Below, in pieces: positions 49,229-62,150 of a DNA stretch of 64,000 bases. The notes beneath the pieces were generated by a model. That model saw nothing but the letters and a program-made list of their open reading frames with translations, was not told the origin of the DNA and did no database searches. The first letter of the stretch is position 1; every line of letters starts with the position of its first letter. The stretch is taken from contig JANJGN010000008.1 in NCBI GenBank assembly GCA_026770705.1, positions 87,978,001 to 88,042,000 of the forward strand, in the 5' to 3' direction. A program made the translations under genes and the position numbers. The stretch comes from Isurus oxyrinchus. Its lineage: Eukaryota.

Positions 49229-51959
49229 GTGCGAATCTTGGGTGTTGTTAGAACTAGTCTACCTAAAGTGAGCCTTTGTTTTATCTTTGCCTTCCCTCCC
49301 AAAAGTTATCACCCTTGTATCACTCCACTGTGATTTGTCGCCTGCCATCTTGAGTCTGACTTTGGCACTGAGGCTGTTGATTATTTTGGCATTTGGCCTG
49401 GGTCAGAAGGGGAGGACAAGGGCTAAGGGATGGGGTTGTGGCCTTAGTTCTAAAGTGACCTTTGGTGCTGAGGAAACCTCAGTGGAAACTTGCACTTATG
49501 ACTCCTCAACTCCAGAGTTTCACATTGAGTTGTTATAAATAGGAATGTGCTATCTGAGGAATGGTGGAAATAGATTCAGAAATAACTTTCAAAACAGTAT
49601 TGGATATATACTTGAAAATGAAAAAGAAATGCAGGGTTATACAGAAAGAGCACATGATTGGGGCCAATTTGATAGCTCTTTCAAAGTGTGCAAGGGTGCA
49701 GTCTTGACGGGCCAAATGGCCATCTCTTGTGTTTGTTAGATTGTATAGTAATAAGCAAAAGCATTGTGAGGGTTAATGGATTGGGGGGTGGTGGGGAAGG
49801 ATGGGATAGGAGGGGCTTTCTTTGAAAACCAGGCTTTGAGCATTTTAGAAATTCCCAGGCAGATCATTTCAAAGCTCGGACATTTTGGTGCGGAAGTGAC
49901 AACTCGACTGAACATGCCTCCTTTCTGTCCAAGCTGATTTCAACATCTTATCAGGACTGTGAAGAAGTGTAATGTGACAACTTTATACATGTCCTGTTTT
50001 ATTGAATGGCAGCTCAGTCTAAGTTTGAGGGTCAAAGTGTCAGAGCTCTGTGCAGATCCTCTTACCTTGAGCTTGTCAGCTTGCTCCTTTCTCCGCCTAT
50101 GTACAATGCTGTGTGTAAACCAGGGGCTCCAAGTTTGTTCTCAGTGGGACAAGGAAGTTAAAAGGGTTGGTGAGTGAGGGTATGGTGATAGCGCTGTGCT
50201 GTTAAATCAGACTTTCTTGCCTCAGCCTCTCAAATAGGATTTGGGAATAATGGTTTAAATTCTGCAATTTTGAGAAGGTTAATTGTTGACTTGAGAGGCT
50301 CAATGATGGTGCAGTGCCATATAGAAGGACAGGTTAGACTAACTCATTGAGGATATGGGTACACCATCTTAGCTTTGGTTAAGGACAGGAGGAAGAGTTA
50401 ACTGTGGGAAAAGTGTGTACACAAAGTAGGGGATTCTGCCAATAATTTTCCACAGTACAGCACTCATATTAACCTTATATCCTTATATTTGCCATCGATA
50501 TTGTTATGGACCTTGAAAGGGACTTAATTCTAGCTAATGTCCTTGGGATTGTTGCTATTCCATTAAAACTAGGAAGCTGAGAGCAGAACCTACATTTAGC
50601 ACTGGTGGAATGGAACTGGCGCATTTAATCTTACTGAAAGGTTGGGGTGAGTGTAAAGCGGTAAAATACTGCATTGTATTAATGTCTGTCTTTTAGAAAT
50701 TGATTGCTCAGATTAGTCAGCAACTCCATTATTGTTGTATCATGTGACTACCAGGATGGCAGCAGGCGAACTAGATGGACCTTTGCTTTGCAGACAGCAT
50801 ATTCTAGAAGCTGCAAAGTGGAACTCAAGTCAAGGTTATGTAATTGCAGATGTGTTGCATCAGAAAAAGCTTTGGATGCAATCCTCTCCTTCACTAGTTG
50901 AAGTTCTGAGTGATCTCAGTGAGTCAGCAAGTTAAAGGAATATGATGAACATGGTCATGTTGCAAAAGAGAAGCTTCTGCAGTTTTTACTCAGAACCCAG
51001 TCCCACCTAGGATAAATTGCACCAAATCTTCTTTCTTCAATCACGCCAAGTTAGAATGTTGATGTTTTATTTACAGCCACGCTCTGGTATGAAGTGCCTG
51101 CAGCCGACAGTTCCATCTTAATGAAAGAACTTTGATATATGGGAAACCGAAGAAAAATTCTATAAGACATTTATAAAGGTTAACAGCAAATAGTGACCAA
51201 AGTAATGTTACCATTCAATAGAAGGTTATGTGAATTCATGAGGTTTTAATACCTCATCCAGGTTATACACACAAGTTAGGGGACCACAAAAAAAATTTGA
51301 AGATTTAATGCTATGTTAAAAACATGGACAATCTTATTGGGAGCATGAGCCAACTATTTGTTCTTATGGGGCAGTGTGTTGGAGAAATGGCATGTTCAAG
51401 GACAGGACAGGCTGGCAGTGCAGCACTGGGCTTTGGCCACTAGAGGCCTCCTGGAAGCCATTTGAGCACTAGGGATCCCTCTGGTGGCAGAGCTCTAGCA
51501 ATACATCATTCCAGTCTACACCAAACGTCTGACAACACATTTATCCTGCGTTTCTACACTTTCTCTCACCTCCCCCTACCCCATATAACAAACATCAATC
51601 CTGTGGAATCCTGTCTTGCTAACCATTATCCTCCCAGCAGTCTGATGACTCAGTCATGATCAAGAGTTCTCAATGTATGAAGAGTTCAGTGGGTCAGACT
51701 CGTGTGGCAATATGACAGAATAAAAATCTCTCTCCATCTCGGAACCAGGAGGCCAGATTGAGTGCAGCACTGCATAGAGCTGGGTGGGAAGTTGTGGGTG
51801 CAGAGGTAGAATGAAGTCAGCTAAGATGTAGGGCTGGAGGAGGGTAAAGAGTTAGTCGTGAGAGGTAATTATCTCAGTGACAGTCACATTGGAGCTGGAT
51901 TTTGAACAGGCTGTTCAAATGCAAGTCTGTGGACGACAGATTTAATACGAAGGGGAGGC

Positions 51960-52690
51960 TATTCTAATTTCTAATTTTGAAATTCCAGAAGTTCTCATTT
52001 GCAAGTCCCTCCATGGCTTCACTCCATCCCCCCTCTGCAACCGCCTCCAGCTGTACATCCCAGCTCATTCTATCCCACTCTTATATTGTCCTGCAGCCCT
52101 ACATCCCAGCTCATCTCTGCTTTGATGATGCTTGGTTTCCGGCACGCCTGCTCCCGTCCCATTACTCTGTCCCCTGTTAACCTGGTATTCTTCCATTCTA
52201 CCACCAGTGGAAGACTTGACAGTCATTATATCTCAGCACTGTGCAAAAATAAAAACAAAGAACTGCGGATGCTGGAAATCCAAAACAAAAACAAAAACAA
52301 AAATACCTGAAAAACCTCAGCAGGTCTGGCAGCATCGGTGGAGAAGAGCACAGTTGATGTTTCAAGTCCTCATGACCCTTCAACAGAAATCACCCCTTTC
52401 CTATTTTTACTTAGTTCTGTTGAAGTGTCATGAGGACTCGGAACGTCAGCTGTGCTCTTCTCCACCGATGCTGCCAGACCTGCTGAGTTTTTCCAGGTAT
52501 TTTTGTTTTTGTTTTCATGTCAGCACTGTGCAGTTCTGTTCCAAAATACCACTGCATTGTTAAACCGTCTTTCCCATCTTCTAAAGCCTATTCTAGCAGC
52601 CAATTCTTATCCTATTGCCTGGTCAGTGACTGCACACTCTTTTGAAGTACCTTGGGATATTTGCTATGTTAATGCTGTCTGGGTTCTTTT
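51960..52690 (+). mobile_element. L2 LINE 3' remnant interrupted by the fold-back element
   Basis: CAAGTCCCTCCATGGC...CCTGCAGCCCTACA...CCTTGGGATATTTGCTATGTTAATGCT resembles an L2 3' end; the reverse-orientation relative is at 57015-57400. Confidence 0.6.
52246..52517. mobile_element. Second fold-back PLE/hammerhead mini-element with 13-bp TSD
   Basis: Inverted arms ~52288-52388 / 52415-52515 with about 7 mismatches and a 26-nt spacer; TCAGCACTGTGCA at 52233-52245 and 52520-52532. Confidence 0.9.
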
Positions 52691-55129
52691 ACCGCATCTG
52701 GGAAAAATGGGTGCCTTAAATCATGTGTTTTTAATGGAATTCAAAAAGAATGCTTTCCTGATGTTATGAGGCTTTTTCCCATATTTTTCCCTTCTTCATT
52801 CTCGACTTATTCTAAAGGAAAATCCATATTTGGGGAATGGTTTTATAGACACTGAGTTTTATCCCCCCCACCGATTGTTGACTCACCCAGGCATGATAGC
52901 CCCACTATTTGCATAGCTGCACATCCCAGCAGGAATCTCCCTATAATGATCCGGAGTGGGAACCCTGCTTGATTTCGCTTTCCCCTTCCAAGTCAGTGGT
53001 CCTGAGGCCAACTGTAGCACCCCTAATATCAAATTGGCTAAGGTGGCTACCACTCAGAGACCAGGAATGGAATTTGGGGCCTTCTGGTCTGCCTACCTTT
53101 TTCAGCTCCCCCTATTTGTTCTTATTCTTTCTTGGAAAGTGCTGACTCTCACAGGGCCACCATTCAGAGCGCATCAGCTGACCTTCAGTACCTCACACAA
53201 GTGCCCATTCTGTATCCTTGAGCCCACACAGCAATCCTTGGCAGGTTGTTCTACCTCAGCAGATGCAAAGGCATGCTAGATACCAGCCTTGCTAGACTTC
53301 CAGGCATGTGACCGGATAAAGAACACAAGCTGTAATTCTGAACTATACTTCCTAGGTAGATCCCAAATACTACATAGGTGGTGTTATATTTGACAATGGA
53401 GAAGAAAATGGGCAGAGTGTAAATGGAATGCTGAATTGCTAGTGCCTATTCTGTGCCATAATGCAAGACTAGTTTTGTGTCCGAGAACTATAGCTGATAT
53501 TCTTTCTTCCCTTCTTACCTACATCCTTAGCTCAGGGACATTGAAGCCAATTGGTAACACCACCAATGTTGCCCCGCCCAAGATCAACCAAGCCAACACA
53601 GACCAGATTTAGGATCTACCTGAAACTATGGTTGGGAATTACATCACATGGTTTATTTATCCACGGAGCAAGTTTGGGGTTGGGGGAAGCACTATCCAGA
53701 GGAGTTTTGTTTAAGCTAGTGCACCTTATATGAGACAACAGTGAAGCATGGCAGTGGGCTAAAATTGGGGAATTGTTTGGCAATATGACCACTGTATAGA
53801 ATTGGGGTGGGATTATTTGGGAACTTTGCAGTTTATTTCTTGCTTCTTGTTTATCCTCAGCTTTGGTGTTTCACCAAATACTTGGGAAGGAGATGGTTTG
53901 AGGAAATGTTGCAAAGTCTATCTGTCAATGATGCATGTACCCTGGAGTATAAATTTGTTTTGTACTATTGCCTGTTTGGCACTGCAGCCCACAAGGAAAT
54001 TATGTGCCTCTGATTCTCAGCATACAAAGTGCAGGAGGAGGACCGCTTTGTATGTACACATCTGAGGTGGCTGGACAGTACATGGGCTTCCAATTGGAGC
54101 TGTGCAAGTAAGGTTGGGGCAGAAGTTAATGGAAGGAGATCATGATGTTGGATAAATGCGGGGGAGAGAAGATGTTAAGTCCATCCTACTTTGTCCATCC
54201 AAGTGTACCTAGAGTATTCCATCATAACTTCCAGCTGGTGCTTAGTGTTCCAGGATTTTTGTCTCTTACCCAACATCCCGTTAATTTTTTATCGATTGCT
54301 TGTAGATCTTGACATATTGTTCTCTGTACATTGGCCCTATTAAAGGATCTTGCTGACTTTCTGGAGGTAATGCCAGTCTTTCTAACAGGGTTGAGATCAC
54401 TAACACTGACAGTAAACGGCTTGGCATCTGGGATTATTTTGTGTGCAATGTGGAAATTGGCTTGGGCTCCAAATTTCCATATGGTAGGACTGATGAAGGA
54501 TGGATTGCTTTAGACTGGTTAGGATTGTCACAAACTTCAGTACTTTCAACATGCATAACAAGGGCATGTATGCACAAGGACTTAATTAGAACAGTAACGA
54601 CCTTCTAATTAAGTCTTCCAAAGATGGTGTGTAAATTGTCCTGCTCAGTTTGGGCCTTTAATTATTCTGTTTACATCTGTATTTTTTTCCACTTTCATTT
54701 CCAATACCTTTTCAATACTTGGATGTACAAAGTCTTCCTTGTCAGCCTGTCTCCCTGCTTCAATAATGTATTACTTTGTGTGGGGCACAACCAAAATTTA
54801 TCGGTGCTTACCCTCATTATCGCATCTGATTCCTCTCAAGCATGGGCATGCTGCCCATTCGTGGTTGGAAACTCTGACGTATTGCCTCAGTGACTAAGTC
54901 TCTTTTTATATGCGTGTTCCTTTCAGAAAAGATGACTCCTGACAAGCATGGATGGGGGACACATAGTGGAACTGCAATAGGGCAGGGCAACAGGGCATGA
55001 TTTCACTACCAGAGGGACTTATAGTTTAGTGTCTTTTGATATGTAGACTGGAATTAGCCCCTAATGCCGATGGGATCTTCCGTTCCCGCCGACGTGTACG
55101 GAGATTTCAATGGCTCACCGGTCCTGTCA

Positions 55130-55378
55130 CGGTGGGGTGGGGGGGGTGGTGTGTGGGGGGGATAGGGGGTGGTGGGGGGGATAGGGTGTGGGGGGGATAG
55201 GGGGTGGTGGGGGGGATAGGGGGTGTGGGGGTGGGGTGGTGGGGGGAATAGGGGGTGTGGGGTTGGGGTGGTGGGGGGGTTAGGGGGTGGGGGGGTGGTG
55301 GAGGGGATAGGGGATGGGGGGGGTGGGGGTGGGGTGGTGGGGGGGATAGGGGGTTGTGGGGGGGGAGGGTGTGGGGCT
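55130..55378 (+). repeat. G-rich tandem array (GGGGGTGGTGGGGGGGATAG-like units) inside a small MITE-like element (~55047-55393)
   Basis: About 250 nt almost devoid of C, with many G4-G8 runs; weak inverted ends GACTGGAATT / GATTGCAGCC. Confidence 0.85.
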
Positions 55379-56169
55379 GGAAGATTGCAGCCTTGACAAC
55401 CTGGGCTTCAAAGCTCAATTTGCATTTCTATATGTTTTTTATTTCCTGGTTTAGTGGGTTTGTGGGCCCGGTGGGTTGGAAAGGATGGCATTGGCCTCGA
55501 TGCATTGTACTCGCACCAAGATTTGGTAGTTTCAATGACTTGTGAGACAGGGAAATTAATGAAACCTCAATTTATATGCCACTCTCTGGGCCCCATACAA
55601 CTGTGTGACACCCTGAACACCCCCGATTTAAGTACATCTTGATGTCTAGAATTCAGTGCGATGGAAGTGGCTGTGACTTTGAGAGGAAAATGGAGTGCAG
55701 GGCAGTGGAATGTGATTCCACAGTCCTTCACTCAATTATGCCCAGAAATCCAGTGTTGCTCATTAAACTACTGTTTCAAATATATTGAGGTTTACAGCAA
55801 CCTTGTAAGTGGTTCTTCCTGGATGGTGTCAGATTTCATGAGCCTCTGTGCAAACTGCATGTCTTGCCATCTCTAACTTTAGAATAGAACTGTGCATCCA
55901 TTTGTAGCCTACCTTCCCCTTCACCTGATCCCTTCAGGAGACCTATTCCTCAGGTACACTTGGCCCTCTGTTCTGATCCTGAACCCATTCCCCAGACCTA
56001 GCCATGAGATGTCAAGTCAGGATTCAAAGAGATCTTTCTACTATTTTTTTTTAACCTTTGAGTGAGAAAAAATGGGAAAGAGTGTGCCAGTGGAGAACAT
56101 GATCTGAAGGCACTGTTACACCCATCACCACACAGTAAGTGAAGGAGGCCTGTTAAATTAGAATGATCA

Positions 56170-56480
56170 ATACTTCACCCAGGCTGACACTTCAATGCAG
56201 TGCTGAGGGACATCTGCACATCAGAAATGCTGTCTTTTGGATGAGGCGTCAAACTGATGCCCCATCTTGTGGACATAAGAGAACAAGCAGCACTATTTTG
56301 AATAAGAGCAGGGGAGTTCTCCCCGTGCCCCGGCCAGCATTTCTCCCTCAATTATCATAATTAAAAAATAGTCACTATCCCATTGCTGTTTGTGGGAGCA
56401 AGTTAGCTGCCAAGCTTCCTACATTTCAAAGTGTGCAAGGACTCTAAACTGCTTTGGGATGTCCTGAGGTCATGTAGTGA
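56170..56480 (+). mobile_element. Deu-domain SINE remnant
   Basis: AGGCTGACACTTCAATGCAGTGCTGAGGGA...CATTGCTGTTTGTGGGAG...GCTTTGGGATGTCCTGAGGTC, homologous to 35225-35785. Confidence 0.7.
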
Positions 56481-57011
56481 AAAGCCTGCACTTGCCCACA
56501 GTAAATTGCACAGGAGTTTACTGCATAGCTAAAACACTGACCCACAGCCCATTGCTTAGGCTTTGCAAATGTTGTTGTGACACCGGGTTTCAGCCTTGCA
56601 GATCCGTTCAGTAATGGCTGTTGGCATGAAAATGAAGGTTTGCTTTGTCGGGTGATGGCTACTTAATCGTAACTGACAGAGGCTTGGAGAGTGGGGGTTG
56701 AAATGAAGTGTAGCACCTGCAGTTGGAGTGCCTCCAGCCCTGGTGATACAAGTCATGGGCAGCAGCAAGGCAGTGAGAGTTAATGGCGGCTGTAAGCTGT
56801 CCTTGCACAGCATCGTGGGTGGTGCGGTTGACATGTACAAAGATAACCTGCCGCCTAGGACGACTTGTGTCTGAAGCCAAATCTGCATTAGCACCAAAAC
56901 TCTATCTCACATCCGCACAGAAGTAAACTTTATCCTTGTTGGAAACTGAGACTGAAAACTGTATCAAAAGCATACTGACTGTTAATTCTCACCAGTGCTG
57001 AATAGGATAGC

Positions 57012-57400
57012 AACCAACAACTTGCATTTATGTAGCGCCTTTAACATAGGAAAACCCCCAACCGTGCTTCACAGGAGCACAATCAAGCAAAAATTGACTG
57101 TAAGCCAGAGGAGGAGATATTGGGAGAGTGACTGAACGTTTGGTCAAATAGGTGAGGACCTTTACAGGGAGAGAGAGGAGCACAAAGCTCTGGGGAAGAG
57201 ATTCTGGTGCTTCAAGTCTAGAGGCACGGCTGCCTGGGTTGTTGTGGCAGATGCACAGGAGAACAGGGTTGGAGGAACACTGAGTTCTTGGAGGATTGTC
57301 TGACTGGAGGAGGCGACTTGGGGAGGAGCGAGGCCATGGGGAGATTTGAACAGGATGACGGGAATTCTAAAATTGAAGCGTTGTTGGGGTGGGAGCTAAT
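57012..57400 (-). mobile_element. L2 LINE 3' end
   Basis: AACAACTTGCATTTATGTAGCGCCTTTAAC tail and downstream L2-like sequence. Confidence 0.7.
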
Positions 57401-59609
57401 GTGGATTAATGAAGATAATATGGTGAAGGAGACAGTTTAAATGGGAAGATCTCTGGTGACTAAGCTAAAGATTGATTAGGTATATTTGTAAATCCCAGTT
57501 TGGGCGAATGTTGCTTCTTTACTGCTTTCAAAATCCTGAGATTTTTAAGATGCAAATCCTCAGCTTTTGAGGTAATTATAATGGATAAAGCTTCCAGCTA
57601 TGTCTGTGTAGCAGCATTTCTGAGAGTGGTCTTCAAGCGAGGTATTAGTTGGGATTGGGGTGCTGATTGAACTATTAGTAATACTGAAGCAGTGTACAAC
57701 ATTCATTGTGAATGCCACAAGAATCCCCCTGCCCTCAACTTTCCAACAATGAATGTGTTGGGGAATCTGTGTCTGCATGTGGTTGAATGGGGGAGGGGAG
57801 TGGAAGAACAGGAGCAGCCATTCAGTGTGTGCAGCTGTACTCGTGCCCTATTTAACTCAATTAAGCTTCAGTGAGAGACTTTGAGTCTATAAACCTCGGT
57901 CAGTAAGGGCTGATCAATGCAGGCAGCAAGCATTAAAAGCTGATTACCAGCTAAAGTCGAAAAGGAGAAGTGACTGGAAGAAAATGGAGCTTTTTTTAAA
58001 GGTTCTTCAACTTGTAATCAAGTTAAGTGGTCAGAAAAAATTCCCTTTGGAAAACTATTTTTTTTGGACAACGCTTTTAAGTGTTGCTGATTCTTCCCGT
58101 TCGGCATGCATTGCATTGTTGCTGTGGTTCTGAAGGGATAGATACATTCGACCCAGGGCGATGGGTTTACAGTTAACTCCTGCAGCTCTTTCATCTGTTT
58201 TCCTTCGACAGCAAACCTAATTAGGCTGTCTCAGCTGCATCCTATAAAGGAAGAGTATTTGATAAACCTTGAAACGTTTTAATGACAGTAACTCTCCTGG
58301 AGACTGGACTAAAATCGACAAAGGATTTAATCTGATTTCCCTTCCAATTGCCTGGCTGTCCAATATATTCTGAGCTCTTGGTGTATTCTAGAGTTTTTAT
58401 GTCTCATTTGCTATAGGGGATCTTAGAACAGACCCTCTATTTTTATGCATCTCAACATCTCTCTTGTAATAGGGGCTTGCTGTATTCAGAATAGAGAAGT
58501 GTGCTTTGTGTTCTTGCTATGTTTTTAAAATCCTTTTCACAATATCCAGCATTATACTGCGATGGAAACCTAGGTCTGTGTGTCAGCCAGGCCAAGTGCC
58601 TCTATTTAAACAGCTAATGGGAAACAGCAAGGGACGCTTTGAAGATTTTTTGCAGTCACCTTCCTATTTACCAGGAGGTAGGTTTTATTACCATAATATG
58701 GCTGTCAGTTCTAACCAATTAGGAGTGTTTTCCAGGCCCCTCGCTTGTCCTTTTGCCCGGAGCGTTGTGGGGTGGGGGGTGGGGTGTGTGTGGTGGGGGA
58801 ACAGAAAACTTTAAAATTTTACCCCTTAACTATCACCAAATGTTAACACAAGTAGACATACATTTGCACACATACATGCTTCCTGTCCTAAATTACTGTT
58901 ACTAAATAGAATAACTCCTGTCTAAATGAGGACTGGAGGTTGTAGCTTGGCACAGCAAACACAGCATCCATTGTAATAGGCCACCTCCCTGCATGGATGA
59001 TGCTGGAGTGCTAAGCTACTGTGCGCAGGCACTTTATTTTTCCTTCACATTTCCAACTCGTGCAACCAAGTTCAAAGCAGCTTCTGTAGTACTCAAGTGC
59101 AGGCTGTTTTTAGACATTATGTCATGAATGACTCCCTGCGTGCATTCCAGTATTATCCACCCATTTTTAAAATTAGATTGCTTTCAATATGTTGAAAACA
59201 AAAGCTCACTTTAGCAGATTGGATGTAAAAAGCCCCAGCAAACCTTGGCAGTTTCCTGTCTGGACACGTTCTATTAACTAGATCTTCTGCACAAGGAGGG
59301 TTTTCCCTCCCTCCCCCCATTGTACATTCTCATTAGAATTGCCTCTGTGTTTCAATGGAATTGAACCACATGCATGTTTGTGTGCAGGAGTGGCCAGAAT
59401 CTTTAAAAACTTGGCAACTGCCTGCAGAATTCATATGCCAGTGTTGTGTACTTTATGTACCCACTCTTGTCAGAGATTATGCCGGGTGTCCTTTAGTTTA
59501 GATTCTGGGAGACAATGACTTTGAGGATGATGTCACTTAACCTAGCTTGATCTCACTACAGTCGAATGTCCCACCATCATTATCTTTGATGACGGGAAGA
59601 TGGTGCTGG

Positions 59610-60790
59610 CACTTAATGGGGTTAAAAGGGTTAAGTTATGAGAACAGGTTGCATTGTCTAGGCTAGAATTCCCTTGAGTATAGAAGATTAAGGGCTCATC
59701 TATTAAGATGTTTAAGGTGATTAAATTAGTTGCTAAACTGGACAGAAACGACTGCATCTGGTGGGGTCCAGAACAAAGGGGCATACCCTTAACATAAGAG
59801 TTTAGCCACTTGGGAGTGATGTCAGGAAGCGCTTCTTTCCACAAACAGGAACACAAATCTGGAACTTTCTCCCCCCAAAAGCTGTTGAGGCTCAAGGTTA
59901 ATTGAAATTTTCAAAACTGAGATAGATGGATTTTTGTTAGGCAAGGGTATTAAGGGTTTCAGAACCAAGATGGGTTGATGGAGGTAAGATGTAGATCAGC
60001 CATGATCTAATTGAATGGTGGAAGAGGCTCAGGGGGTTGAATGGCTTAGTCCTGTTCCAAAGTTTCTAAATCTACTGTACATAGCTAACATTAATGGATA
60101 AACTTAGGTGGGTCACATTTTCAACCTTCAGTCTGTGCTGATCTAGCTAACTAACGTCAGCCAAGATGGTATAGTTGCTTCATTTGACTTGCCCTTGAAG
60201 GCAGTCACTTGAGTAAGGTGCTGGGACAAACATGGGCTGACTCCTCACCTCTCCTTAGGAGAGTTGTTTCTGACTTAGTGAACAGTATTGGTCTCTTTAT
60301 TTAAGGAATGAATGTAAGTGCATTAGAAGCAGTTCAGAGGAAGTTTACTAAAGTAATACCAGGAATGGTCAGGTTGATCTCTGAGAAAAGATTGGATAGG
60401 TGGACAGGCTCAGCTTGTATCTACTACAGTTTAGAAGAGTAAGAGGTGACTTGAGTGAAACATATAAGATCCCGAGGGGACTTGACAGGGTGGATGAGGA
60501 GAGGGTGTTTCCTCTTATGGGAGAATCTAGAACTTGGGGGTCACTGTTTAAAAATAAAGATCACCCATTTAAGACAGAGATGAGAAGAATATTTTTATCT
60601 GAGGGTAGCAAGTCTTTGGAACTCTCTTCCTCAAAAGACTGTGGAAGCAGATCCTTTGAATATTTTCAAGGCAGAGCTAGATAGATTCTTTATAAACAAG
60701 GGGGTGAAGGGTTATCAGGGTAGGTGGGAGGTTAGTCAGCCATGATCTTACTGAATGGCTCAAAGGACTGAGTGGCCTACTTCTGTTCTT
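59610..60790 (+). mobile_element. Two CR1 3' fragments (~59610-60060 and ~60290-60790)
   Basis: RRVRGDLSETYKIPRGLDRVD and GATCAGCCATGATCT...GAATGG 3' UTR motifs. Confidence 0.85.
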
Positions 60791-61239
60791 AACTCGCATG
60801 TTTGTATGCAAGGGAAAAGCAAGGCAGGGTTCCTGATAGCTATCCACTCAGTCTTGCTGGATTGTATGCAAATGAGTTTTTATTAGGTGAGAATTGAGTT
60901 CAGTCTCCATTGCTTTCCATGGTCGAATGGCCCATTTGACATCCAAGCTGAGAAATGAAAAACAGCTAATTGATTGTGTCACGAGCCATGGAACCATATC
61001 CTAGCAGAGTCAATACCTGCTGGAGAGAAGGGGAGCAATTATATTGTTTTTAATCTGCATCTATGCTGCTTGTGTCTGGAGAAATTTGCACAACTGAGGG
61101 AACCATGATCTAATTTAATGGCAGACCAGGCTCGAAGGGTTGAATGGCCAATCCCTGTTTCTGATTTATATCCCTCGCCAGCTATTTTATCTTCTGCTCC
61201 TTCCATTCACAACCACAGGTGATTGGGTCATTGGAAGCT

Positions 61240-62150
61240 AAGAATATAAGAAGATAAGAAATAGGAGCAGATGAAGATCATGTGGTCCGTTGAGCCTGCA
61301 TGCCATTCAGTATGATCACGGCTGATCTTGAGCTTTTATTACTTTTCCACCCACTCCCCATATCCCTTGGTTCCCTGAAAGACCAAAAATCTGTCTACAC
61401 CAGTCTTAAATATATTCAATGATGGTGCATCCACAGCCCTCTGGAGTAGAGAAGATTCACGACTCTTTGTGTGAAGAGGTTTTTCCTCATCTCAGTCTTA
61501 AATGACCAGCCGCTTATCCTTAAACTGTGCTCCCTTGATCTAGATCCTTCAGCTTGGGGATATAACCCCTCAGTATCTACCCTGTCAAGACAGAGTATAG
61601 ACCCAGTTTAATCAGCCTCTCATCGTAGGACAACTCCTTCATCCCAGGGACCAAGTTAGTGAACCTTCGCTGTACTGCCTCCAACGCAAGTTTACCTTTT
61701 CTTAAATGTGGAATTCAAAACTGCACAGAGTATTCCAGGTGTTGTCTCACCAAAACCTGTACAATTTCAGCAAGACTTCTTTATTCCTGTACTCCAATCT
61801 CCTTGCAGTAAAGGCCAACATGATATTTGCTTTCCTAATTGCTTCCTGTACTTGCTTGCTAACTTATTTTGTTCCTTGTACGAGTACACCCAAGTCTCTC
61901 TGAACATCAACATTTGCAAATTTCACCTCTTAAAAAAGAATATTCTGCTTTTCTATTCTTATGACCGAAGTGAATTACCTCACACTTGTTGCATTATACT
62001 CCATCTGCCACCTTGTTGCCCGCTCACTTAATCCGTCTATATCTCTTTGCAGCCTCTTTGTGCCCTCCTTACAGCTTGCATTCCCACCTAGCAATGATAC
62101 AATTTGTATTGTCAGCAAACTTAGATACATTACTCTCTGTCTCTTTGTCG
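61240..62150 (-). mobile_element. CR1 3' fragment
   Basis: RLQRDIDGLSERATRWQMEYN; tail (ATAAGA)n at 61240-61265. Confidence 0.85.

Noticed and set aside
55107-55545. Pro/His-rich and Gly/Trp-rich ORFs
   Set aside because: They are translations of the G-rich tandem array; no splice or homology support.
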